DNA from: Candidatus Poseidoniales archaeon
Lineage (GTDB): Archaea; Thermoplasmatota; Poseidoniia; Poseidoniales; Poseidoniaceae
Direction: 5' to 3'
Assembly (NCBI GenBank): GCA_038110525.1
Contig: JAYNJV010000003.1
Location: forward strand, 7,644 to 71,643
DNA: 64,000 nt
How positions within the stretch are numbered: the first letter of the stretch is position 1; every line of letters begins with the position of its first letter. This document shows, one piece after another, positions 51,541 through 60,259 of this stretch. Below the pieces are notes generated by a model. The model was not told the DNA's origin. It did no database searches and saw only the letters and a program-made list of their open reading frames with translations. The position numbers and the translations under genes are program-made.

Positions 51541-52272
51541 ATGATACCACGAATCTTAGAATCCTTCAATGACTCGCCATTGATGCTGTATATCCTCATC
51601 GTTGCAGTCGCCTGTATTGGTGGTGGGATTCCACCGATGCTTGAAAGAAAAAGAAGAAGAGATATCGAAAATCAACTTCCTGGTTTCCTTGAAGCCCTCT
51701 CTGATTCCGTGGGTGCTGGTCGAGGCCTTCAAGAAGCAATGATGGAGCAAGCGGATTCATCCCCAGGTTTGCTCACCTCGATACTCAAAGATACATTACG
51801 AGAATCACACTCTTCTTCATTTGAAGCAATGTTAGCTTCATTTGCTGCAAAAACTCGTTCAACCCAAGTTCAAAGGGTTATGGTTTTGGTTGAAACTGCA
51901 CTACAGCAGGATGCTCCGTTACAACCAATACTTGCGGACTTAAGTCGTGATTATGAACGATTGAACGATCTCATGAATCAAAGAGAAGTAGAATTACAAG
52001 GAAGAGGCATCCTTATTATTCTCTTTGTAAGTATTGGCTTACCAGTACTTATTGCGTTTATTGTAGGATTATTTGCCCCTGCAAGCAAAGGGTATCAAAT
52101 CTCAGAATTCAATTCGACATTTGCTATGTTTTTTGCCGTCGCTTCAGTGATCGGAGTTGGTGTTACTGGACGAATGTTAGGTAGGCTCAAGGATATGCTA
52201 TGGTGGCTTCCATTGTGGATGGTTCTTTCAATGGGACTCTACCTTGGTGCCGTAAAAGCAATTGGAGGATGA
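51541..52272 (+). CDS. type II secretion system F-domain membrane protein (FlaJ/TadC-like), C-terminal half
   Basis: Transmembrane helix, second T2SSF-like helical domain ('LEALSDSVGAGRGLQEAMMEQ'), then three transmembrane helices. Same reading frame as the previous ORF, two codons after its TGA. Confidence 0.65.
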   Translation: MIPRILESFNDSPLMLYILIVAVACIGGGIPPMLERKRRRDIENQLPGFLEALSDSVGAGRGLQEAMMEQADSSPGLLTSILKDTLRESHSSSFEAMLASFAAKTRSTQVQRVMVLVETALQQDAPLQPILADLSRDYERLNDLMNQREVELQGRGILIILFVSIGLPVLIAFIVGLFAPASKGYQISEFNSTFAMFFAVASVIGVGVTGRMLGRLKDMLWWLPLWMVLSMGLYLGAVKAIGG

Positions 52273-52278
52273 AGAACA

Positions 52279-53520
52279 ATGTCAGAACAAATAATTGACC
52301 AATATGGAAGAGTAACGATATACACTGAACCGAATCACCCTTCTCCGATTTATCATGTTGAGGGGGATATTCAAGCCAACCCTTACGGAGATTTGGCTGC
52401 ACTGCTTGAGGATGATGCACTTGAAGAAGTGATGTACAACGGAGGTACACAATGTGTAAAAGTTGCACATCGAGACCATGGAATGTGTCGAACGAATATC
52501 TGGATTGATGATGATTCTGGCCAAATTATTTCCAAAAATATTGCATCGTTCACGAATGTTCCTTTAGGCGATGGTCCCGGCATGGTGCCGATTTTTGATG
52601 GAAGGCTCCCCGATGGTTCTCGTGTCAATGGAACAATACCTCCAGTTTCACCTGATGGCCCAACATTGACGATTCGTAAATTTAGAGAAGACCCGCTTAC
52701 GATGATTGATTTAATCAAATTTGGAACGGTCAACCCAAGATTGGCTGCTATGATGTGGGTGTGGATTGAGGGCCTCGACAGCAGACCTGCAAATTTCGTT
52801 ATTGCAGGAGGGACTGGGTCAGGTAAAACCACCACTCTCAATTGCCTTGGAATGTACATTCCTTGGCACAGAAGATTACTCACTGTAGAAGACACCGCTG
52901 AATTGCAAGTTTACCACGACCACTGGTTAAGGATGGAAACACGAAGAGAACGACCTGATGGTACTTCTGAAATTGACATGAACGACTGTTTGAAATCAAG
53001 CCTGCGTATGCGCCCTGACCGAATCATCGTTGGTGAAGTTCGTGGTCCCGAATGTGCAACATTACTCACCGCTATGAACACTGGTCACGACGGTTCGTTC
53101 GGCTCATTGCACGCAAATACTGCTCAAGAAACTGTGACGAGAATGATCAATCCGCCAATGAATGTCCCCTCAATTATGTTGACTGGGCTTGACCTCATTA
53201 TCATCCAAGCACGATTGCATGTGAATGGAAGAACCGCCCGTAAAATCACAGAGGTTGCGGAAATTGCAGGTATGGAAGGAGATAAGCCAAGACTAAATGC
53301 AATCTGGAAATACAACGCAGCGACCGACCAAATTGAAGAGACAGGTATTCCTTCGAAACTGCGAGAGACGATATGTAGCGCTGCTGGAGTAACTCCCGAT
53401 GTTTTTGAAAAGCACGTTCGACAACGACAACAGATTCTCGAAAATTTACTTGAAAGGGATGTTCGAGATATTGCCACTGTCACTCAAGTGATTCAGAATT
53501 TCTATGCTTCACAGCATTGA
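52279..53520 (+). CDS. type IV pilus / archaellum assembly ATPase (FlaI/TadA/VirB11 family)
   Basis: Walker A 'IAGGTGSGKTTTLN', Asp/His box region 'RPDRIIVGEVRGPE', 'TGHDGSFGSLHAN'. 413 aa. Confidence 0.85.
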   Translation: MSEQIIDQYGRVTIYTEPNHPSPIYHVEGDIQANPYGDLAALLEDDALEEVMYNGGTQCVKVAHRDHGMCRTNIWIDDDSGQIISKNIASFTNVPLGDGPGMVPIFDGRLPDGSRVNGTIPPVSPDGPTLTIRKFREDPLTMIDLIKFGTVNPRLAAMMWVWIEGLDSRPANFVIAGGTGSGKTTTLNCLGMYIPWHRRLLTVEDTAELQVYHDHWLRMETRRERPDGTSEIDMNDCLKSSLRMRPDRIIVGEVRGPECATLLTAMNTGHDGSFGSLHANTAQETVTRMINPPMNVPSIMLTGLDLIIIQARLHVNGRTARKITEVAEIAGMEGDKPRLNAIWKYNAATDQIEETGIPSKLRETICSAAGVTPDVFEKHVRQRQQILENLLERDVRDIATVTQVIQNFYASQH

Positions 53521-55272
53521 TCATCCTTGTAATCGATTGAGAATTTCATCGATTTTGCTCAATCGACCCTTGGCTTTCTCAACGTTTTGGTATGCTGAAC
53601 TCACCGCTTCAGCCACTTCGTGCTCAGGTTCTTCATCAGCCCGTTCCGGTTTCTTAAATTTAGCAGCCAAGGCTTTCAATTCTTGAACGATAGCGTCAAC
53701 TTCGGTTTCTGAAACTACAATACCTGGGGCAATTCTTGGTATATCAGATGGAGAAATATAGCCTAATTCAGCCCCGATGATACCAGCAGATGCGAGGATA
53801 CGTGGTCGTAAATTAGCTGTGTTCACTTCGTAGCCCTTCTTTTCGAGGAAGCGAATGATAAGACTCTGATGGTTTTCATCGAATCCATCCTCGATGGTGT
53901 CCATGACTTTTTGAACCAATTCTTCAAACGATTCAATATTCCTCTCCAATCGAGCAATCGTTTGACGTTCTTCTTCTGGAAAATGGACCGCACCTTGATG
54001 TAAAATTTTCAACACTCGATTTCTTCGTTGAATTGTTGGATCATGCAATGCTTGAGTTTCTGCGAGTTCCAAATGTAAATCAAACAATGCGTGAAGTCGT
54101 CCAGAAACACCCGGGACTCGTAAGTCGAGTCCATGTTCTCTGCCTAACTGTTCAAATTCAACCCTGGCTTTTACGATATCATTTGCATGAAGAGCAAGGA
54201 TGTTTTCAAGTTGGTCTCGGAGCAGCCCTCGGATATCTTCGAAGGTACGCAAGGCTTCTCTTTCGGCCCAAGAATCTGGTCGACTCGAAATTTTTTGGTC
54301 TTCTTGTTTTATTCTGAAGTCCATCTCCATCACGATGGTGCGAATTTCATGCTGAACTGCATCCAATTCAACGGCAAATCCATGACTTTGCAAAGATTGA
54401 ATAAAACTCATCAAATCAGTTTCATTACTTGTTGTGCTTATTGATAAGAAATCTCTTGCCATCGCATGAATTTCTGCTTTCCTATCTTGCACCTCAAGAA
54501 GGGCAGTTTCAACTTCAAGCGAATGATGTTGAGGTAATTGTGGAGTTTGAACCATAGGAGGAACACGCACTTCATCCACATCGATGGTCGCATCCAATTG
54601 TTCTTGAACAACCAAATCAATGTCTGACCTCGTTGATGGCATCGTCGATGTTGAGACGGCTGAGCGCAATTCAACTTCATCCTCAAAAGTCCATTCACCT
54701 GCATGACCTTCGACAAACTCTTCAACCGTTTGAGGAACACTTTGTTGGTCGATAATCGGGGTGAGTGGTATACTACGAACTGGAATTTTAATTTCTTCCT
54801 TTGGTCGTCGTAGACTCTTTTTCACACGTCCCCATGCACCTTCTTGTGAGGCTAAAACACCTGCGACTCGAGCAAGTAAAGCCTGTTTGGAACCTGATAA
54901 AGGTAATTCAAATATCTTACACAATGCGTGAAGTTCATCCCTCGTCATATCATCGAGTTTTTCCACGATGAATTGTTTTGGGTCGTGATTCAAATGGAGA
55001 TACAATCTTTGTCTTCTTGCTTTTATCGACCCAGATTTTTTGATTCCAAAAACACCAAGCAATTCGCCAAGGTCATAGTTTGACATATCACGAATCGAGT
55101 CTATGGAGAAATCCCAATCTGATAGCACAAGTTCTGAAATCAATCTCATTCGAAGAGTTTCGACGGAACCTGACTTCAAAATGGAATACTTTGTTGCAAT
55201 ATCTTTGAGTTCTTCAAATCGTGCTTGGTAGAGTGTTGCCAGCATATCCGCTTTGTCGAGCACCACGACCAC
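53521..55272 (-). CDS. hypothetical protein with three tandem SAP motifs followed by a long coiled-coil region
   Basis: N-terminal repeats 'LATLYQARFEELKDIATKYSILKSGSVETLRMRLISEL', 'LGELLGVFGIKKSGSIKARRQRLYLHL' and 'MTRDELHALCKIFELPLSGSKQALLARVAGVL' each fit the SAP consensus (L..L.V.EL...L...GL...G.K..LI.RL). The remaining roughly 430 aa are helical and heptad-rich. Confidence 0.55.
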   Translation of the reverse strand: MVVVLDKADMLATLYQARFEELKDIATKYSILKSGSVETLRMRLISELVLSDWDFSIDSIRDMSNYDLGELLGVFGIKKSGSIKARRQRLYLHLNHDPKQFIVEKLDDMTRDELHALCKIFELPLSGSKQALLARVAGVLASQEGAWGRVKKSLRRPKEEIKIPVRSIPLTPIIDQQSVPQTVEEFVEGHAGEWTFEDEVELRSAVSTSTMPSTRSDIDLVVQEQLDATIDVDEVRVPPMVQTPQLPQHHSLEVETALLEVQDRKAEIHAMARDFLSISTTSNETDLMSFIQSLQSHGFAVELDAVQHEIRTIVMEMDFRIKQEDQKISSRPDSWAEREALRTFEDIRGLLRDQLENILALHANDIVKARVEFEQLGREHGLDLRVPGVSGRLHALFDLHLELAETQALHDPTIQRRNRVLKILHQGAVHFPEEERQTIARLERNIESFEELVQKVMDTIEDGFDENHQSLIIRFLEKKGYEVNTANLRPRILASAGIIGAELGYISPSDIPRIAPGIVVSETEVDAIVQELKALAAKFKKPERADEEPEHEVAEAVSSAYQNVEKAKGRLSKIDEILNRLQG

Positions 55273-55351
55273 CGAAACGATTGCGGTGATTGAAGTATAT
55301 GTGTTTTCGGTGTCCTAAGATGGAAAAAGTGGCTACTTTTCGGGTATTTTC

Positions 55352-56545
55352 TTAAGGCGATTCAGTTTTTTTATGCACTTCAAACAACTTTTTTCTTGCA
55401 TGTTTGTATTCCTCTGGCATGGTTTCAGGTGCCCTTTTTAACTCTTCAAAATCTGTCTGTAACTGGTCGCAAATGGTTTCAAATTCTCGTAGGATATTGA
55501 TGGAGCCTTGGTGAATTGCTTCGAGTTCGACAACTTTGTAACAACCAATGGCTACAGTGCCATCGTAATTGATGGTTTCAATAAAAATTTCAATCTGAGG
55601 TCCTGAGCGTAATGGTTTTTCTTCAGAATCAATGTAAAATTTTTCAAAAAATCCATCGTTATTGCGTTTCGATTCGTTCATGAGCGTGCCCAATTTTCGT
55701 TGCTCAGCATAAATCCCTGTAACATCTTTGAACTCATCAGAAACGTTGTCGTGCAACATCGTTTCGATTCGGAAAGCCAACAAGGCCGAAGGGTCACAAA
55801 GTGACGAAACCTCTTGGGCAGGGAAACCTGAACGACCGACCAACAGCGTAAATCCATGTAGAGGGGGTGGGATGAAATGCTCACGTGAGCCCTTTGGTGT
55901 TTCCCTTTGCAAACCGAGCGTGTGGCGTCGAGAACGAATGTTGAGCATGGTGTACAAAGACCGAGGGACGACATACCCATCAATTTCCCCTCGACTTCTC
56001 ATATCTTCAATAACCAACCACCTTTGACGCTCATCCATATGAGTTTGAGCGATGACTTCACTCGATGTTCGAATGTTTGCATCATTTCGAACTCTCAAAA
56101 ATTGCCGACGTAGTAATTCTGAATCACAAATAATGACTGGGTCTTTCACCAATCGATCAGGATTGTCATTACTGACCAAAACCCATGTAGGTTCCCTCCT
56201 TGGTAAAATGCCTATTAACGAGAAACGAGGGTCTTCAACAGATTTCCACTCCCATGGACTCATGGCGATAAGGTCACCCGTCCCAGAATCCAAGACCTCG
56301 ATGGCGTCATTTAATGAAGGCAATTGGCGCAACAATAGATTGAGATGTTGTCCTTTTGAGTCTACGGTTTGTTCGATGTGTCGGCGAACGCCGTCGCCTT
56401 TGGATGCTGTCGTAAAAATGACAACCCTATCATTCTCCTGCATAGCAGCCACCCGGCGGATGCGAACACCCGCAAACCTTGGCGAATAACGACCGCTTAA
56501 GAAGTCGACGCATGTCCATTGGGTATGGGCGAGGATTCGGGCCAC
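55352..56545 (-). CDS. hypothetical protein, possibly a divergent hydroxymethylbilane synthase (HemC)-like / type II PBP-fold protein
   Basis: The segment 'VIICDSELLRRQFLRVRND' and a later 'PPLHGFTLLVG' / 'GTVAIGCYKVVEL' loosely parallel the HemC 'GTSSLRRQ...', 'AVGQGA' and cofactor-Cys regions. The similarity is weak and there are N- and C-terminal extensions. It is the upstream gene of the SAP-repeat operon. Confidence 0.3.
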   Translation of the reverse strand: MARILAHTQWTCVDFLSGRYSPRFAGVRIRRVAAMQENDRVVIFTTASKGDGVRRHIEQTVDSKGQHLNLLLRQLPSLNDAIEVLDSGTGDLIAMSPWEWKSVEDPRFSLIGILPRREPTWVLVSNDNPDRLVKDPVIICDSELLRRQFLRVRNDANIRTSSEVIAQTHMDERQRWLVIEDMRSRGEIDGYVVPRSLYTMLNIRSRRHTLGLQRETPKGSREHFIPPPLHGFTLLVGRSGFPAQEVSSLCDPSALLAFRIETMLHDNVSDEFKDVTGIYAEQRKLGTLMNESKRNNDGFFEKFYIDSEEKPLRSGPQIEIFIETINYDGTVAIGCYKVVELEAIHQGSINILREFETICDQLQTDFEELKRAPETMPEEYKHARKKLFEVHKKTESP

Positions 56546-57505
56546 CAGCGAAGACTTGCGTCATTCCAACAACAAATCAACACACTGCTTGAAGCGCATG
56601 TTGACGGCCAAATTGCTCAAGGCGCAGGCGAAGTGGCTGTTGAATCCAAAAGAGTCCTAATGGCTGGCGGAAAACGACTCCGACCAGTCCTGATGATGAT
56701 GGCATACGAAGCCTGTGGGGGAACAAATCAAGAGGACATCATTCCCCTTGCTTTGGCGTTTGAACTGATTCATACCGCTACACTGGTTCACGATGACATC
56801 TACGATGATGCTGTGCAACGTCGAGGAGTTAAGACAATTCACGCTTCCAAAGGACTTGCCAAGGGCGTGATTGCGGGAGATTGGTTGTTCGTTCAAGGAT
56901 TTGGTCTTGGTGGAAAATATGAGTCTGAAATCGTGGAACTTGTATCAGAGTATTGTTCACAAATTGCACAGTCAGAATTCCTTCAACTCGATCGAGTCAT
57001 GGACCTAAAAACATCCCCAGAGGATTACTTGAGTATTGTTATTGGAAAAACTGCAGGCCCATTTGCCGCAGGTTGTAAAGCAGCGGCAATTCTGGCAAAT
57101 TGCTCTATAGAACAGCAACGATCAATGCAAGATTTTGGTAGAGAACTTGGTATTGCCTTCCAACTCGTCGATGATTTACTCGATATTCGAGGTGATGAGC
57201 GTATGGGGAAGCCACGAGGTGCTGATATTTACGAGGGAAAAATGACCTTGCCTTTGATTCATTCTCTTACATTATCACACGGTCAAAGAAGAGAACGTCT
57301 TGCCTATCTCATCGAAAACTTTGCAGACAACTATTTTGATGAACTCATCGAATTACTCAATGCAAGTGATAGTTTGAATTACACTGAAATTCTCATCGAC
57401 AATCATATCGAACGAGCAAGAGAGTCATTATTCACTCTGCCACAAAATGGTGCCACTCAACTTATGCTTTGGTTAACTGAATTTATGCAACACAGAGAGG
57501 TATGA
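56519..57505 (+). CDS. idsA: polyprenyl diphosphate synthase (short-chain trans-prenyltransferase, GGPP synthase-like)
   Basis: First Asp-rich motif 'LVHDDIYDD' and second Asp-rich motif 'DDLLDIRGD', plus 'GKRLRP'. Confidence 0.85.
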   Translation: MGMGEDSGHQRRLASFQQQINTLLEAHVDGQIAQGAGEVAVESKRVLMAGGKRLRPVLMMMAYEACGGTNQEDIIPLALAFELIHTATLVHDDIYDDAVQRRGVKTIHASKGLAKGVIAGDWLFVQGFGLGGKYESEIVELVSEYCSQIAQSEFLQLDRVMDLKTSPEDYLSIVIGKTAGPFAAGCKAAAILANCSIEQQRSMQDFGRELGIAFQLVDDLLDIRGDERMGKPRGADIYEGKMTLPLIHSLTLSHGQRRERLAYLIENFADNYFDELIELLNASDSLNYTEILIDNHIERARESLFTLPQNGATQLMLWLTEFMQHREV

Positions 57506-58653
57506 CCGTGGTTCAACGCCCAGTTATTCATCATGAGGTGATCGTTGTTGGTGCTGGGCCTGCTGGTTCAGCGTGTGCACAGAAACTTGCAGAATGTGGA
57601 CTTGACGTACTTGTTTTAGAGAGAAGAAAAATTATCGGTAATCCTGCACAATGTGGTGAATGTATCCCGAACTGGGGCGAAGTTGTTCAAACATTTTCAA
57701 ACATTGAAAACGATGAATGGCTTCAACAATACTTCGATTTTCCACAATGGCTCCAACTTCATCGTTTGGATTTTATGCGGGTGTTCCTGCCGTCAGGAAA
57801 ATCATACGGTTTTGAATTGGATGCATTCGCAGGACATCGCCTTCATTTTGATGGATATCTTGCTGAAAAAGCCATAAAAGCTGGTGCGAATATTCAAACA
57901 GATACTGCTGTGACAAATATGATTCACCAATCTTCAAAAAACCGTGACCTAATTATCACAAAGAATGCAAAGTACTCCTTTGATTATCTTGTGGATGCAA
58001 GCGGTTCCCTCGCTCATATGATGAGATTAAAACATGGAAAAAATCCTCAATTCCGTCCAGGTGACCAAGTTCCCACTGCCTATGCACAAGTACATGGTGA
58101 TGTTCCTGAAACATTTGATGTGTTCATCGGTTCAGTTGCCCCGTCTGGTTATGCTTGGATTATTCCCAAGGGTCCTAACTTTGCGAATGTTGGTATCGGT
58201 GCTCGGGCTGGAAAACTTCGACATCCTGTCAAAAAACACCTCATCGATTTTTGTGCTGACTTGAATTTGGAAATTCTCTCCATCGGCGGTGGCTGGATTC
58301 CAATGGGCGGGCCCGTACCTACGATGGTATCGGGCAATATTCTCGCCATCGGCGATGCTGCTGGTCTCGTCATGCCGAGCAATGGCGGAGGCATTTCACA
58401 AGCCATTATCTCTGGATATTTCGCAGCACAAAGTATTCAAGAACATATTTTGCACAATACACCTCTGGAATCGTATCAAAAGAAAGTTGAAGATTCAATG
58501 GGTAGGGCCCTCAAAAATTCATTGAGGACAAAAAACATGGGTTATACATTCCTAAGAGGTGATGTCATGACCGAACTTGTACTACGGACTTTGGGGCCTA
58601 TTGGAGGAATTAAAAGAGCAATGGAGTGCGACAAACCTCTGTTCTTGCTTTAA
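57502..58653 (+). CDS. geranylgeranyl reductase family protein (digeranylgeranylglycerophospholipid reductase-like)
   Basis: FAD-binding 'VIVVGAGPAGSACAQKLAE', 'GDAAG' motif, 383 aa. 4-nt overlap with idsA. Confidence 0.8.
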   Translation: MTVVQRPVIHHEVIVVGAGPAGSACAQKLAECGLDVLVLERRKIIGNPAQCGECIPNWGEVVQTFSNIENDEWLQQYFDFPQWLQLHRLDFMRVFLPSGKSYGFELDAFAGHRLHFDGYLAEKAIKAGANIQTDTAVTNMIHQSSKNRDLIITKNAKYSFDYLVDASGSLAHMMRLKHGKNPQFRPGDQVPTAYAQVHGDVPETFDVFIGSVAPSGYAWIIPKGPNFANVGIGARAGKLRHPVKKHLIDFCADLNLEILSIGGGWIPMGGPVPTMVSGNILAIGDAAGLVMPSNGGGISQAIISGYFAAQSIQEHILHNTPLESYQKKVEDSMGRALKNSLRTKNMGYTFLRGDVMTELVLRTLGPIGGIKRAMECDKPLFLL

Positions 58654-58713
58654 CATTCAGTTCACCGCATATTCAAGCGATTGCTTGAAGTCCTTCGGCG
58701 ATTACGCTTTCAC

Positions 58714-59202
58714 ATGGGCAGGGCATATCGTGATGAAGATGCCGTTAGCCCAGTTATTGCAACTGTTCTCCTCCTTGCCATCACAGTGATGCTTTCGAGC
58801 ATGGTGTTTGTGATGATGCAGGGTGCATTAACGGCCACGGACAAAGCTCCGCCTCAAGCAACCGTTAGCGTTCGTGCTCTCGACAACGGGTTTCACGTCG
58901 TGCGTATTACTTCCCTTGACCAAAGTATTGACCCAATGCGACTTCAATACACTTTGGCTCCAATTAACACCTCAACTGGCGATACTTTTGATGGAAGAAT
59001 AGGTGATGCTGATGTCTACGGCGTCATTGGAACGAACATTTCTTTCCAAGACCGTGATGCAGGCTATTCAGTATCTCAAGGCGATTATATTGTCATCGAT
59101 TCACAAAGCATCGGCTCAACCGACGGTAAATGGCAATTCACTCTGGTTGACCTCACATCGAATGCGGTTATTGTCCGTGTCACCCTCCCAGCAATGGTTT
59201 GA
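58714..59202 (+). CDS. archaeal type IV pilin-like protein with a class III (prepilin-type) signal peptide
   Basis: N-terminus 'MGRAYRDEDAVSPVIATVLLLAITVMLSSMVFV' carries the 'VSPVIATVLL.AIT' hallmark of archaeal pilin/DUF1628 N-termini. The rest is a Ser/Thr/Asp-rich beta domain. Confidence 0.65.
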   Translation: MGRAYRDEDAVSPVIATVLLLAITVMLSSMVFVMMQGALTATDKAPPQATVSVRALDNGFHVVRITSLDQSIDPMRLQYTLAPINTSTGDTFDGRIGDADVYGVIGTNISFQDRDAGYSVSQGDYIVIDSQSIGSTDGKWQFTLVDLTSNAVIVRVTLPAMV

Positions 59203-60201
59203 TTATCCACCGATGAAAGACATCTCGGGCTTTTTCAAAGCGTCTGTGTCGTTCGTTCGTTTCTCAGAGTATCGATCTTTTCTCTTCAACCAAATGTTTG
59301 AAAAGAAATCCTGAACTTCTTCGGGATGATGGCGAATGACTTCCTTAATATCATGAAATTGTTCTGAGAAAAGACAGGTATACAAACGCCCATTTGCCGA
59401 GACCCTTATCCTCCCGCACGTTGAACAAAATGGATTTGATACCGATTCAATGCATCCAAAGGTGTATCCATCGGCAAGTTTCCAACGTCGTGCTACAGCC
59501 GAAGTATGATGCTCTATGCTCTGAAGAAGGCCGTACTCTGATGAAATGATGTCTCGAATTTCTTTCCCGGTCACAACCTCGTCAATATTCCATTGATTTG
59601 TTTGACCAACATCCATAAATTCGATGAATCGTATTTCAACATTCATTGACTTCATTGTTTTGAGGAGTGGTACAATTTGATGTTCATTTACACCTTTCCG
59701 AACCACTGTATTCACTTTTACTGGAACGTCTAACGATTTGCAAAGTTGAATACCTTCCAAAACATCTGAAGGGGAGAAAAGGTCGGAATCAGCCATGGTT
59801 TGAAAGACATCATTGTCAAGAGCATCGAGGCTCACGGTCACTCTCGAGAGGCCATGCTCAACAAACCTTGGTAAAGCCTGTTTCAAGAGCACACCGTTGG
59901 TTGTTATGGCAATATCCAAATCTTTGGAAAGAGCACGTAGTAAACCGACCAAATGATGTGCATCTTTTCTAAGGAAAGGCTCTCCGCCCGTAAGTCGAAC
60001 CTTTTTCAGACCAAAGGGTAAAAGTTGACTCACGAGGAATTCTAATTCCTCAAAACTCAATAATTCGTTTCGAGGTAAAAATTTGTAATCATGACCGTAT
60101 ACCGACCTCGGCATGCAATACGTGCATCGAAAATTGCATCGGTCTGTGAGTGAAATTCGAATATCTTCGAGCGGGCGATGAAGCATATCGAAGACGGACA
60201 T
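59203..60201 (-). CDS. moaA: GTP 3',8-cyclase (molybdenum cofactor biosynthesis protein A)
   Basis: Radical-SAM 'CNFRCTYCMP', 'GGEPFL', and a C-terminal Cys cluster 'CSTCGRIR'. Confidence 0.9.
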   Translation of the reverse strand: MSVFDMLHRPLEDIRISLTDRCNFRCTYCMPRSVYGHDYKFLPRNELLSFEELEFLVSQLLPFGLKKVRLTGGEPFLRKDAHHLVGLLRALSKDLDIAITTNGVLLKQALPRFVEHGLSRVTVSLDALDNDVFQTMADSDLFSPSDVLEGIQLCKSLDVPVKVNTVVRKGVNEHQIVPLLKTMKSMNVEIRFIEFMDVGQTNQWNIDEVVTGKEIRDIISSEYGLLQSIEHHTSAVARRWKLADGYTFGCIESVSNPFCSTCGRIRVSANGRLYTCLFSEQFHDIKEVIRHHPEEVQDFFSNIWLKRKDRYSEKRTNDTDALKKPEMSFIGG

Positions 60202-60259
60202 ACCACCTCGAGGCGTTTATCTCATTTCAAGTTAAAGAGCAAGGGTTCTTGACGATGAG

